Shown here piece after piece: positions 1-11,042 of a stretch of 64,000 nt of DNA; positions within the stretch are counted from its first letter, which is position 1, and each line of letters begins with the position of its first letter. Origin of the DNA: Malacoraja senta (taxonomy: Eukaryota). The translations under genes and the position numbers were made by a program. The notes under the pieces are model-generated. The model was not told the DNA's origin and did no database searches. It saw only the letters and a list, made by a program, of their open reading frames with translations. The DNA lies in the NCBI GenBank assembly GCA_038087875.1, contig CM075989.1:6758001-6822000 (forward strand). The letters run 5' to 3'.

Positions 1-303
1 CGGCGATCGAGGCTCCCGCGATCGGGGCGGTCGAAGCTCCTGCGGTTGGCGCTCCCAAAGTCGATCCCTAACAAAGGGACCGCCATCACCATGATGTTTG
101 GCCGCAGTGCGGACGGAGTTACGATACGGAAAAAATTGCATCTCCGTCGGTGGAAGTGATTAAAACAGGTTCCCCCAACTCCCCCCCTCCCCCCTACCCC
201 TTCATAATACATTAAAATATACAAATGAAACAGACTAAAATCAACAAAAGAAGAAAGGAATGAGACAGGCTTTTGGTGAGGCTGCCACTTACGGTGCCAC
301 CCT
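1..303 (-). mobile_element. 5' part of a GC-rich non-autonomous retroelement (probably the family seen at 22.6, 30, 40, 51.2 and 56.2 kb)
   Basis: CpG-rich body with gctcccg/gaagctcc/gatgtt motifs followed by a C-run and A-rich stretch, the same layout as 30600-30960; cut by the window edge. Confidence 0.4.
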
Positions 304-304
304 T

Positions 305-438
305 GTGTAAGAAGGAACTGCAGATGCTGGTTTACACCATAAATAGACACAAAATGCTGGAGTGACTCAGTGGGCCAGGAAGTATCTCTGGAGAGAAGGA
401 AAAGGTGACGTTTCGGGTGGGAACCCTTCTTCACACTG
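305..438 (-). repeat. Penelope-derived short repeat (pseudo-LTR fragment); representative of dozens of copies in the window
   Basis: aaggaactgcagatgctgg...gacacaaaatgctggagtgactcag...ggtgacgtttcgggtgggaacccttcttca; the same sequence lies downstream of GIY-YIG-coding fragments at 9900-9998 and 15196-15292. Confidence 0.75.
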
Positions 439-1006
439 ATGTTGGAAATGATAAGTGTCTATCTTATGAAATCCTTGATGTGCTACAACACATTGAAGGT
501 ACTATCTAAATGCAAATTATTTTATGTAGCCAAAATAACTGGTATTTAAAGAAACATAAAGTCCAAAATGGAGAATGAAATCTTTAGTCAGCCCAGAACA
601 ATTTGCTACCATGCTAAAAATAGAATACAGATGACTTCTGGCCTAAAATCCTCAGTCAGACATTATTCAGATTATGGATATATTAGAGTATAGATCATTG
701 GTGTTTCTGTGCACTCAGTACAAATTTCAAGCGTCAGTTTTATGCTGTATTATACTTCACAAGTAAATAAATATTACAAAACCATTAAAAAAAAATTTCA
801 AATACCATATTTACTCATTAAATTGATATTATATGCACCAATTCCCTTGATTCGTGAATGCTATTGGAAAACGTGTAAAACTGGAGATTAACCTGGCATA
901 GTTAGCATGGCCCTGTCTTTAATATCGTCAGTGGTAGCGCAAAGTTAGCGATCTGAGTAGTGCTAACCTGGATACTGCAATACTGGTGGTTAACCTTTGG
1001 AGTCCA

Positions 1007-2698
1007 TGCTATAAAAATGATCTTTTTACCACAAATTTTATATCTATTCCAGTCAATACCGATATACTTACCAAAAATTTTTTTTTTTAAATTGGATGCT
1101 GATATTACAATCTTTATATGGGACTATAGGGACTATAAATCCCACAGAATCCAAAGAAAACATTTGTGTAAACCTAAGGAATTTGGTGGATTATCACTTC
1201 CAAATTTTTTATATTATTATTGGGCCACAAATGTCAAAAATATGATTCACCTGTTGGACAATTCGGCCCAGCAGGTGGATTGGATAGTAATGGAGAGAGA
1301 GGACTGTTCCCCTTTTAACATAGGAGCGATCCTTCTCTCACCAACAAAAATGAAGAATACAATATATAGTAAAATCCAATTATTCATAGTACAATTAGAA
1401 TTTGGAAACAAATAAAATTAACGTTAAAATTAAGAAATCTATCACTTCTTTCACCTATAATGAATAACCCTTCGTTTAAACCTTCTATGATAGATAGAGC
1501 TTTTATAAATTGGGAAAGAGTAGGAATTAAAACGTTTGGAGATATGTATGATAATGGAAGTTTTTTAACATTTCACCAATTACAACTTAAATATAACTTG
1601 AATAGTAATCAATATTTCAAATATTTTCAACTACGTGACTATTTGAAAAAGTATACACGAGAATATCAAAATATGTCTCCTGACCTATTAGACGGGATAA
1701 TGAATATAAAAGCGGAATCAGCTAATTTAATATCATACCTATATAATTCCATTTTAAATATAGAAATTCCATCATCGGACGGGATTAGAAGAGAATGGGA
1801 ACAGGAACTAGCTATAAAAATCTCGAAAGAGAGTTGGGATAAACATCTATTATATGTGCATAAATGTTCGATTAACGTAAGACATACTCTGATTCAATTT
1901 AAAATTCTACATAGATTATATTATTCAAAAGCTAAATTAAGTAAATTTTACCCAAACACCTCTGCTAACTGTGATAAATGCCTAGTCCAAGAATCAACTA
2001 TAGCACATTCTTTTGTTTTCTGTATAAAAATTCAAAAAATTTGGAATAAATTTTTTGAAATTTTCACTAAATTATTTAAAATAAAACTGAAACCGAATGC
2101 AGAATTGATTATTTTTGGAACAATAGAAGCAAGCTTGGAGCTGACTGCGTTTCAAAGGAGTTTTCTTAGTTATGGCTTAATAACGGCAAAAAAACTGATA
2201 CTGAAATTTTGGAAAAATGCTCCTACGCCAACAATATAAATGTGGACTTCTAATATGTCGGAATTGTTACATCTAGAAGATATGAGATTCCTCCTAGCAG
2301 GTAAACAAGACCAATTCCAAAAGATTTGGTCTCCATATATCGACTTATTACAAACATAGGGTGCAACAAAATGTTGATAATAAATGGTTTTAGGACCTGG
2401 CGAGGGGTGAGTAAAGATAAGAAGTAGACACATCCCTTTCATATTGTCCTATCTTATTTTCTTTTTTCTCTTTTTTTCTTTTCTTCTTTAACTACTTCTT
2501 GTGGTTTAGGTTCACATGTGTGTTCCTGGACCACTTTTTCATTCACTCAATGACTGTCTTTGCTAGCTCTTTCTATCCTTTCTTTCTATTAAAGTTGAAA
2601 AACAGAAGTGGTACAAGAACTGTATAAATTTACGTTATTGCAGATTACTGTAATGTAAAATACTTTAATAATTTTTTAAAAAAAATAAATTAAAAAAA
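1007..2698 (+). mobile_element. 5'-truncated L1-clade LINE: ORF2 C-terminal part (disrupted), 3' UTR and A-rich tail
   Basis: ORFs 960..1415 and 1460..2239 give KMIFLPQILYLFQSIPI...FIW...GGLSLPNFLYYYWA and QFKILHRLY...CDKC...H..FC (CCHC knuckle); frameshift and in-frame stop present. T-rich 3' UTR, A-rich tail, 12-bp target-site duplication CTTTGGAGTCCA at 995-1006 and 2699-2710. Confidence 0.92.
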
Positions 2699-2769
2699 CT
2701 TTGGAGTCCAGCCTAAGGTTGTTTAAGGGCCTCTGTCAGTCAGGCAGAAAGTTGTTCTCATTTGGAGTT

Positions 2770-3080
2770 CAGTTTAGTTTAGTTTAGGGATACAGCGTGG
2801 AAACAGGCCCTTTGGCCTACCAAGTCCGTGCCGACCAGCGATCCCTGCACATTAACACTACCCTACACACACTAGGGACAATTTACAATGATACCAAGCC
2901 AATTAACCTACAAACCTGTACGTCTTTGGAGTGTGAGAGGAAACCAGAGCTCCCGGAGAAAACCCACGCAGGCCACGGGGAGTATGTACAATTCTGTACA
3001 GACAAGCACCTTTAGTCAGGATTGACCCTGGGTCTCTGGCTCTGTAAGACAGCAACCCTACCGCTGTGCCACTGTACCGC
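2770..3080 (-). mobile_element. tRNA-derived V-SINE (HE1-like) with (TAAAC)n tail
   Basis: Reverse complement has a tRNA-like head, the central gcgtgggttttctccggg...ctccaaagac domain, CR1-type 3' end gggcctgtttccacgctgtatc and ctaaactaaactaaac tail. Confidence 0.85.
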
Positions 3081-3178
3081 GCGGTGAGCTGCCTATATTT
3101 TGCCGAATGGTGTTTTTTTGGCTGGGGGGGTCAAACATTTTAAATTTTGCTCTTCGGACAAACAGTGGAAAGAATATA

Positions 3179-3498
3179 CAGATCCACCACTGATATTCCG
3201 GCAGCCTTGATTCCAAAGCCTTGCTGGATTATCCGTTTTGCCGAGCTGCAAAGTCAGCCTTAGAAGTCGGGTATGGGAACGGATCTACCGGCTCCAGCCA
3301 GGCTGGAGTTCCAGAGCCCCGGCTGCAGCAGGAAAATTTAACCCGCTGATCGGAGTGGAGCCTCGATGAGGTGGAGAGCGGCCCCTCACCCGGCATGGGC
3401 ACTTCATTTTCGGGGGGATTTCAAGTGCGTTCGTGTAATTTTGTCTGGATTAAAGGAGGTGCCAGATCACCAGTTGCCAGAGAATCGGTGGTGACGTG
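3179..3498. mobile_element. Tc1/mariner (Tigger/pogo-like) MITE
   Basis: Imperfect ~25-bp terminal inverted repeats (cagatccaccactgatattccggca / tgccagagaatcggtggtgacgtg) flanked by TA at 3177-3178 and 3499-3500; no coding capacity. Confidence 0.55.
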
Positions 3499-4625
3499 TA
3501 TTAACATTGGCATGGATCAGCTGTCAATATACTGTAGATCCTAAAGATTTCAAGAATATTTGGGATGCTTTGGGATGCTTAGAGGAATGTGAAAGACCAC
3601 ATAAATAAAATAAAACAACATCAAGTTACATTTGACTTGGTACAAACTCATTATTATCCATCTGTCGTGATGGATGTGTTGAACATGCAAGCTCTGTAAT
3701 GGCGTAGAACCAATTCTCCAGTCTGGGGCCTGATATTACTTTATTAAACTTCATTTAAGAAGTGGCAACATTGCAATAACAAAGCTTTAAAATGGATCCA
3801 TTCTCATGTTCATGTTCCAGGAGCAGAATTAAGCCACATGATCCATCAAGTCTACTCCGCCATTCAATCATGGCTGATCTATCCCTCCCTCTCAACCCTA
3901 TTCTCCTGCCTTTGCCCCATAATCCTGACACCCCTGTAGACATTCTGTAGGATTAACTTGCTTAACGTGTCGTATAATTACAGTATGAGACAAATGTACT
4001 TCTACCCCAGTGAATAAGTCAGACCTAATATATGCAACACAATACAAGATAAGATATAACACAAGGCTACCAGGAGAAATCTAGTCAATGGAGATAATGG
4101 GATATATAGTACCATCGCACAGTAACCGATGTCTTAGCTGACCAAGGAGCTAGACATGAGACCACACAACCCTGACCAAAAGGGGTAATATCCAAAGGAG
4201 CTGACCAGACACCTTCTCGGCTTGGGTTGGTCAATAAATGGTAACTAAATGATATGTTTGTTTCAAGAGTGGGTAAAATTTCCCAGCTTGTACAAGAATG
4301 AGAGTGTGTGTGGACCTCATCATTAAGATGAATGGGCCACTCTCTCTCTCTCTCCAGCCTCATCTTGAAAGCTCAATTGAATAAAGACTTGCTGGACTTA
4401 AAATGAAACCGTACTCCACACCTGCTCCACAACAAGTTGACACAGCAGTGAGCACGATCACTATCTTCAAGATCACTGAGCAATATCTTAACCAGAACTT
4501 AATTAACAACTTTAATATGTCTGGGAATGGATTGACTCAAGAGCAGGCTGTTTGGCCCCTCATTCACCATTCAATAAGATCACGGCAGATCTTTCCTGAG
4601 CCAAGCTCATCTCCAAATATCTTAC

Positions 4626-5090
4626 CTATGTACAGGGAGGAATCCTTCCTTTGGACGTGGTCATCTATGTAGGAGACACCGAGGGGTTGGACAGGGGTAG
4701 CACCAATACCCAGTAACACTTGGGCTCCAATTAACAGGAGGTACATCAGGTTGGTAGAAGTCCTGTTCCTGCAGATTATTTTTGCCTCTGGTCCTAGATT
4801 GCTGGATGACATGTTCCCAATACACAAGTCCCTTCCTTCCACTCCCCACGGGATCTCGCCAGACTCGTACTCATACTGGTGGGTGAGGAACTCCGGCAGG
4901 GCTGACAGCAATGCTCCCAGGGCCATCACGATGCCTCCGCATCCTATCAGACGTGGCCGGTGTCCTTTCGCCCAAAGTAGCTCACAAACAAAATCAGGGC
5001 CAGGTTCCCGATCTCAAAGCTGCTGGCTATGACTCCGACGTCAGCGCTCTGCAGGTTAAACCTCCGCTCCAGGGTCGTCAGCACGCTCAC
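4626..5090 (-). CDS. SLCO3A1: SLCO3A1 (OATP3A1 organic anion transporter) internal coding exon, equivalent to human exon 2; contains an apparent 1-nt deletion at 4971-4973
   Basis: Minus strand reads ...catctccccAG|GTG AGC GTG CTG... = [40 protein letters not shown], then after a frame change (A)[49 protein letters not shown]...[51 protein letters not shown]|GTAAG. Near-identical to vertebrate OATP3A1 as I recall it. AG acceptor at 5092-5091, GT donor at 4625-4624. Length 465 nt where phase 0 to phase 1 needs 3n+1. Confidence 0.95.
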
Positions 5091-5365
5091 CTGGGGAGAT
5101 GTCCAGAGTTACACAGGCGTCACACAGAGCATTCAACAACAACAACAGCAGCAACAACTCGCTAAACAAGGCACTCAACAAAACATTGCAGGAGACAGAA
5201 CAAAGTATACAACCACAACCACATTCAGGAGAAAGTCGAAGTTAGACACAAAGTGCTGGAGCAACTTAGCAGGTCAGGAGACATCTCTGGAGAAAAAGGA
5301 TGGGTGACGTTTCGGGTCGGGACCCTCCTTCAGACTGAAAGTAGAGGGGAGGAAGCCAGAGGTCG

Positions 5366-5710
5366 ACAGATGGCGCAATGGGCTAAGTGTTCGGCTGGCA
5401 ACTGGAAGGTAGCCGGTTCGAATCCCGCTTGGAGTGCATACTGTCGTTGTGTCCTTGGGCAAGACACTTCACCCACCTTTGCCTGCGTGTGAATGTGTTT
5501 GAATGTGTGTGAGTGATTGGTGGTGGTCGGAGGGGCCGTAGGCGCAGATTAGCAGCCACGCTTCCGTCAGTCTGCCCCAGGGCAGCTGTGGCTACAGAAG
5601 TAGCTCACCACCACCGAGTGTGACTGAGGAGTGAATGAATAATGCGATGTAAAGCGCCTTGAGTATTAGAAAGGCGCTATATAAATCCCATCCATTATTA
5701 TTATTATGAT
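5366..5710 (+). mobile_element. tRNA-derived CORE-type SINE with L2-like 3' tail (resembles teleost AFC-type SINEs)
   Basis: A box tggcgcaatgg, B box ggttcgaatcc, CORE-like gtgtccttgggcaagacacttcaccc, tail gtaaagcgccttgag...aaaggcgctatataaatcccatcca(tta)n; 8-bp duplication AGAGGTCG at 5358-5365 and 5711-5718; inserted in a Penelope-derived repeat. Confidence 0.85.
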
Positions 5711-6584
5711 AGAGGTCGGAAAAGGCCAGAACAAATGGTCATGAGTTCAAGAAGGAACTACAGATGCTGAAAAATCGAAGGTAGACAAAAATGCTGGAGA
5801 AACTCAGCGGGTGAGGCAGCATCTATGGAGTGAAGGAAATAGGCAACGTTTCGGGTCGAAACCATTGTTCATAAGTTCATATGTACATGTTCATAAGTCA
5901 TAGGAGCAGAATTAGGCCATTCGGCCCATTGAGTCAACTGCTGTTCAATCATGGCTGATCTATCTTCCCTCTCAACCCCATTCTCCTGCCTTCTCCCCAG
6001 TAACCCCTAACACCCGTACTAATGAAGAACTGTCAATGCTTTAAATATACCCAATGTCTGGTGTCCACAGCATTCTGTGGCAATGAATCCCAAAGATTAA
6101 CCACCTCTGACTAAAGAAATTCCTCCTTTTTTTCATTGTAAGGTACGTCCTTGGCTGGTGACTCCAGCCTGAGAAGTGATGTTCTGCATTACGGTTAGGT
6201 GGGTCAGGGAGGGGGTACTTGAGTTACCTTGGCTCAAATATGAGATGTATGAGATGGTGAGATATCGTATGGGTGGGAGATGAATTATCCAGCCTGGTCG
6301 ACACTAAATGCAGGAGTAACTCAGCGGGTCAGGCAGCATTTAGTTTGAGAGATACAACGCGGAAACAGGCCCTTCGGCCCACCTAATCTGCGCCGACCAG
6401 CGATCCCCACACTCTAACACAATCCCCCCCACACACACACAATAGGGACAATTGACAACGTTACCAAGCCAATTAACCTACAAACATGTACGTCTTTGGA
6501 GTGTGGGAGGAAACCGGAGCACCCGGAGAAAACCCACGCAGGTAACGGGGAGAGAATGTGCAAAGTCCGTACAGACAGCACCTT

Positions 6585-6940
6585 TCTGTCCTAGGCCTCC
6601 TCCATTGCCAGAGTGAGGCCCAGCGCAAATTGGAGGAACAGCACCTCATATTCGCTTGGGTAGTTTACACCCCAGTAGTATGAACATTGACTTCTCCAAT
6701 TTCAGGTAGTCCTTGTTTTCTCCCTCCTTCCCCTCCCCTTCCCAGCTCTCCCACAGCCCACTGTCTCTGCCTCTTCCTTTCCTTCCCCCCCCCCACCCCC
6801 CCGACATCAGTCTGAACAAGGGTCTTGACGTGAAACGTCGCCTATTCCTTTTCTCCATAGATGCTGCCTCACCCGCTGAGTTTCTCCAGCATTTTTTTGT
6901 CTTCTTTCAATTTTTCCAACATCTGCAGTTCCTTCTTAAG
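6585..6940 (+). mobile_element. Penelope-like element 3' fragment (end of GIY-YIG domain plus pseudo-LTR), inserted in a V-SINE
   Basis: Encodes ...LSVLGLLHCQSEAQRKLEEQHLIFRLGSLHPSSMNIDFSNFR*, followed by the pseudo-LTR repeat; V-SINE halves at ~6340-6582 and ~6943-6985. Confidence 0.8.
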
Positions 6941-7333
6941 CACCTGTAGCCAGGATCGATCCCGGGTCTCTACCGCTGCTCCACCCATGCTGGGTGTTTG
7001 AGACAGGGAACTGCTCCATTCTCAAGGGTCAAACACCTTGATGAGCAGAACATTTCAACAGAACATGATGTACAAACGTATATCAACTGGTTACTGCACC
7101 CAATCCCCAAAAGAGCAAAGTGTTCTGCAAAAGATCATGATGGGAGAAAATAAAATGACGGCAAATAATATTTTATACTCTAAATACATTTTAGATGTTT
7201 TAATTATTTCCAGATTCCATTGAGGATTATTCTGTCGGCAGCTGTAAGAGGAGCTAATATTTTGCTTCAGTGACATGAACTTGTCATGAATGACCTGCTC
7301 ACTGTCACCAAATAACATCAGTGGTGCGTTCTT

Positions 7334-7347
7334 GTTTCCATGGCAAC
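7334..7347. promoter_or_regulatory. RFX X-box motif (GTTTCCATGGCAAC) with adjacent E-box CAGCTG, in non-repeat intronic sequence
   Basis: Exact match to the palindromic X-box consensus GTTNCCATGGNAAC. Motif match only; function not shown. Confidence 0.45.
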
Positions 7348-7448
7348 AGCTGCAAAATGCTTAGCCCGTAGAAACACCTACAAACGAGCATCCTTCCCTT
7401 ATTAATGCACCAGGCATGCTGCCTTCTCTTAAAGAGGCCTTCTCTTAG

Positions 7449-7760
7449 GGTGGCACGGTGGCGTGGCGTAGGGCAACTGCCTTACAGCGCCAGAGGCCCG
7501 GGTTCGATCCTGACTACGGGTGCTTATCTGTACGGAGTTTGTATGTTCTCCCCGTGGCCTGCGTGGGTTTTTCCGAATTATACCGTTTTCCGAATTATAC
7601 CGATTTACACTCCAAAAATGTACACGTTTGTAGGTTAATTGGCTTGGTGTAAATGTAAAACGTCGCTAGTGTGTGTAGGACGGTGTAAGGTGTGGGGATC
7701 GATGATCGGCATGGACTTGTGGGCCGAAGGTCCTGTTTCGCGCTGTATCTCTAAACTAAA
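7449..7760 (+). mobile_element. V-SINE (HE1-like), full length
   Basis: ggtggcacggtggcg head, B box gggttcgatcc at ~7500, central domain, gctgtatctctaaactaaac tail. Confidence 0.85.
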
Positions 7761-9266
7761 CAGGCCCTATACTTTGAATCATTTTGTGCCCGTCTAAAGT
7801 GGCCACTGAAGGTCTAACATGGTGTCCATCAATGGTTCAATTTATTATCACAGGACATTTTTGCATACAAATCAGTAAGGTTATTGCCATGCATAAGGAC
7901 AATCCCCGATTAAGTACCGAATGCATAGAAACAGCCAACTGAGTCCATGTGCACATGGCGCTGGGTTTTGCCGCCATTTTGACAGTCCAGGCTGCAGCTG
8001 GCCAAAAAGGCCCATTGCAGCCGTCGCCTCCATTCGGATCACCAGCGAACCGTCGTTATCTCCCCTCCCGGCCTTCGGCCTTCGTGTCCCGAGGGATGCC
8101 TCCCGCAGCTGACCCCGAAGGTGAAAGCCCCGGTTCTCCTCACCGCCTTTTAGCTCCCGCGGTGGGCGGATCCGACCTGCTGCTTGCCGGGGTTTGGCGG
8201 CCGCCCGTGGACCCTCTGGAAGCTTCTCCCATGCGGCCACTCCGAGTGGCAGGACAGCACAATGGGCTAGTCTAGTTGGTGCAGCCGGAAGTGCTGGAGT
8301 AACTCAGCGGGTCAGGCAGCATCTCTGGAGAGAAGGGATGGGTGACGTTTTGGATCGAGTCTGAAGAAGGGTCTCAACCTGAAACGGCACCCATCCCTTC
8401 TCTCCAGAGATGCTGCAAGATTAGACAACTCCAAACATAGACAACTCCAGCAAGTTGTGTCTTTCTTCGTGTAAACCAGCATTTGCAGTTCCTTCCTACA
8501 CATTGTAAAAGAGCATTGTGTCCACTGCCTCAGTAAATGGGGCCTACTGCGCAGTTCAAGGCTCTCTGCGGAATCTTCCCACCACACTGCCGGCCCTGTT
8601 TCTTCCGTGACGCCTCCTCCATCAATCAGACTCAACATATGGTTTCTTGCTTGCATCTCTGCCAGAGTTCTTCGCCCCCAAGATGACCAGTACACTTCCA
8701 TCATGGTGTACATACCCGAGTCAGAAAAACATGGTTTGATTTGCTCTCCTTGAGCCCACACCCAGCCTCATACTGAGCACCGCACTATTATTAAGGGACC
8801 TGACCTGAAAGATCATCTGCCCATTTCCCTTCACAGATGCTGCCTGACCCACTGAGATCTTCCAGCTCATTTTTGTTTGCACAGTATCAGAGGTGCTCCC
8901 TTTTGGATAAGATAATAGGCAAAACCTTGTCCTCCTAGGTAAATGTTACAATCTCTTACATTCATTTTCACAAGTTCTAGGAGGAGAATTATGCCAATCG
9001 GCCATCGAGTCTGCTCCACCATGTAATCATGGCTGATCTATTTCTCCCTCTCAACTCCATTCTCCTGCCTTCTCCCCATAACCCTTAACACCCTTACTAA
9101 TCAGGAATCTGTCAATCTCTGCCTTAAAAATACCCAATGACTTGGCCTCCTTTTGGCATCCCCCACCCCGCCGCCAGGTCCCGGTATGTTCTCGGCACCA
9201 CCCCCTCCCGCAGTGTCTCTCCTTATTCTCTGCAACCCCCCCCCCCCCCCTCTGTCGGGTCCCTCT

Positions 9267-9396
9267 NNNNNNNNNNNNNNNNNNNNNNNNNNNNNNNNNN
9301 NNNNNNNNNNNNNNNNNNNNNNNNNNNNNNNNNNNNNNNNNNNNNNNNNNNNNNNNNNNNNNNNNNNNNNNNNNNNNNNNNNNNNNNNNNNNNNNN
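9267..9396. other. Assembly gap (130 N)
   Basis: Run of N after a C-rich tract. Confidence 0.99.
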
Positions 9397-9469
9397 GTGT
9401 CTGGTGCTGAGATGCCCATGGCACCATCAAGATCGGGAGATCTCTCCAGTCAAACCATTCATCAGACAG

Positions 9470-9998
9470 ACTGCGACAGAGGTTCACCTGCATCTCCTCC
9501 AACCTCATCTATTGCATCCACTGCTCTAGATGTCAGCTGATCTACATCGGTGAGACCAAGCGGAGGCTTGGCGATCGTTTCGCCGAACACCTCCGCTCGG
9601 TCCGCATTAACCAACCTGACCTCCCGGTGGCTCAGCACTTCAACTCCCCCCTCCCATTCCGTATCTGACCTCCTGTCCTGGGTCTCCTCCATGGCCACAG
9701 CGAGCAACACCGGAAATTGGAGGAAATGCACCTCATATTCCGCTTGGGCAGTCTACATCCTGGGGGCATGAACATTGAAATCTCCCAACTCTGCTAGCCC
9801 TTGCTGTCCCCTCCCCTTCATCAGCCCTCTGGTTGTCTCCTCCCATCCCCCAGTCCTCGGGCTCCTCCTCCGCCTTTTTTCCTTTCTTCTCCCCACCCCC
9901 TATCAGTCTGAAGAAGGGTTTCGGCCCGAAACGTTGCCTATTTCCTTCGCTCCATGGATGCTGCTGCACCCGCTGAGTTTCTCCAGCATTTTGTGTAC
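9470..9998 (+). mobile_element. Penelope-like element fragment: GIY-YIG endonuclease coding region plus pseudo-LTR
   Basis: Encodes FTCISSNLIYCIHCSRCQLIYIGETKRRLGDRFAEHLRSVRINQPDLPVAQHFNSP (GIY-YIG signature), later frameshifted, followed by the ctgaagaagggtttcggcccgaaacg repeat. Confidence 0.9.
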
Positions 9999-10751
9999 AT
10001 TCATCAGACTTGTTTCCTTGCCTCTGAGGTGTGCCCTCATGAGGACGTCTCTTCAACAATCAGCCACAGGCCCAATGAAAGCAGAGGCACGTCACAATAC
10101 TTGGCTCAGACCAGGCACCCCAGGAAACCGTGCTCCCAACACCATGGTGGCTGTGCCAGTAACTAGTGCACCGTGCTCATGTTGACAACAATGTCCCCTG
10201 ATCCTCCATCTGTTGACTATAAAGGCAACAAGCCAACTCCAGAGGACACGGCTGTGTGAGCTCTGGAGGCTTCATGCATACAGAATATCATGCAGCCAAA
10301 CCCCTGCAAATTTGCTGCTGTTAACATCACCTATCCATGGTGTTTGATCCTAAATTAATCTCACCAATTTAATATCTGTCTTGAACACTGATCTCAACTG
10401 TAAATTAAATCAGGAAGTGACTAATGCGGAATTATCGAGATGTAACTAAAATGCCTTTGTAACCTTTATTAGTTATTTCATCAATTATCCCCATCCCCTA
10501 ATTATGAGTGCCGGCAATGGTATTAAGTCAGAATTTTGGGCCATAATGAAGCAGGCTGATATAATTCATTGAAAATGGAGTTGGGCCATTTCTCCACTCA
10601 AAGTTAGCTCCATTTTTAGGATTAAATGCTGCCAGCAATGATTACTGGAAAACGTATGGTTTTCTGGAGTTACGATGCTCTGCATCTGAAAATTACAGGG
10701 TTTGAAATGAAGATGTGAGAAAATGGAATGTAAAATATCCGCTAAGGGTTT

Positions 10752-11042
10752 TGAGTTACAGCGCGAAATACAGGCCTTCAGCCCACCGAGTCCGCGCCGA
10801 CTAGCGATCCCCGCACACTAACATTATCCAACACACACTAGGGGCGATTTACAATTATACCAAGCCAATTAACCTACAAATCTGTACGTCTTTGGAGAGT
10901 GGGAGGAAACAGGAGATTCCGGATAAAACCCCACGAATGTCACGGGGAGAACGTATAAACTCTGTACAGACAGCACCCGTGGTCAAGATCGAACCGGATC
11001 TCTGGCGCTGCGAGGCAGCAACTCTACCACTGTGCCACCATG
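10752..11042 (-). mobile_element. V-SINE (HE1-like)
   Basis: Same family as 2770-3080 in reverse orientation. Confidence 0.8.

Noticed and set aside
3968-4442. Possible solo LTR (TGTC...GACA ends, internal AATAAA)
   Set aside because: No matching target-site duplication and no second copy in the window; boundaries cannot be supported.
5029-5307. Plus-strand ORF with a polyglutamine run
   Set aside because: The run is a (CAA/CAG)n microsatellite in the intron just upstream of the acceptor; the ORF is antisense to the real exon and runs into a repeat.
7449-7520. tRNA-like sequences with A and B boxes (also ~5366-5430 and other SINE heads)
   Set aside because: They continue into SINE bodies and tails and lack a complete cloverleaf; not tRNA genes.
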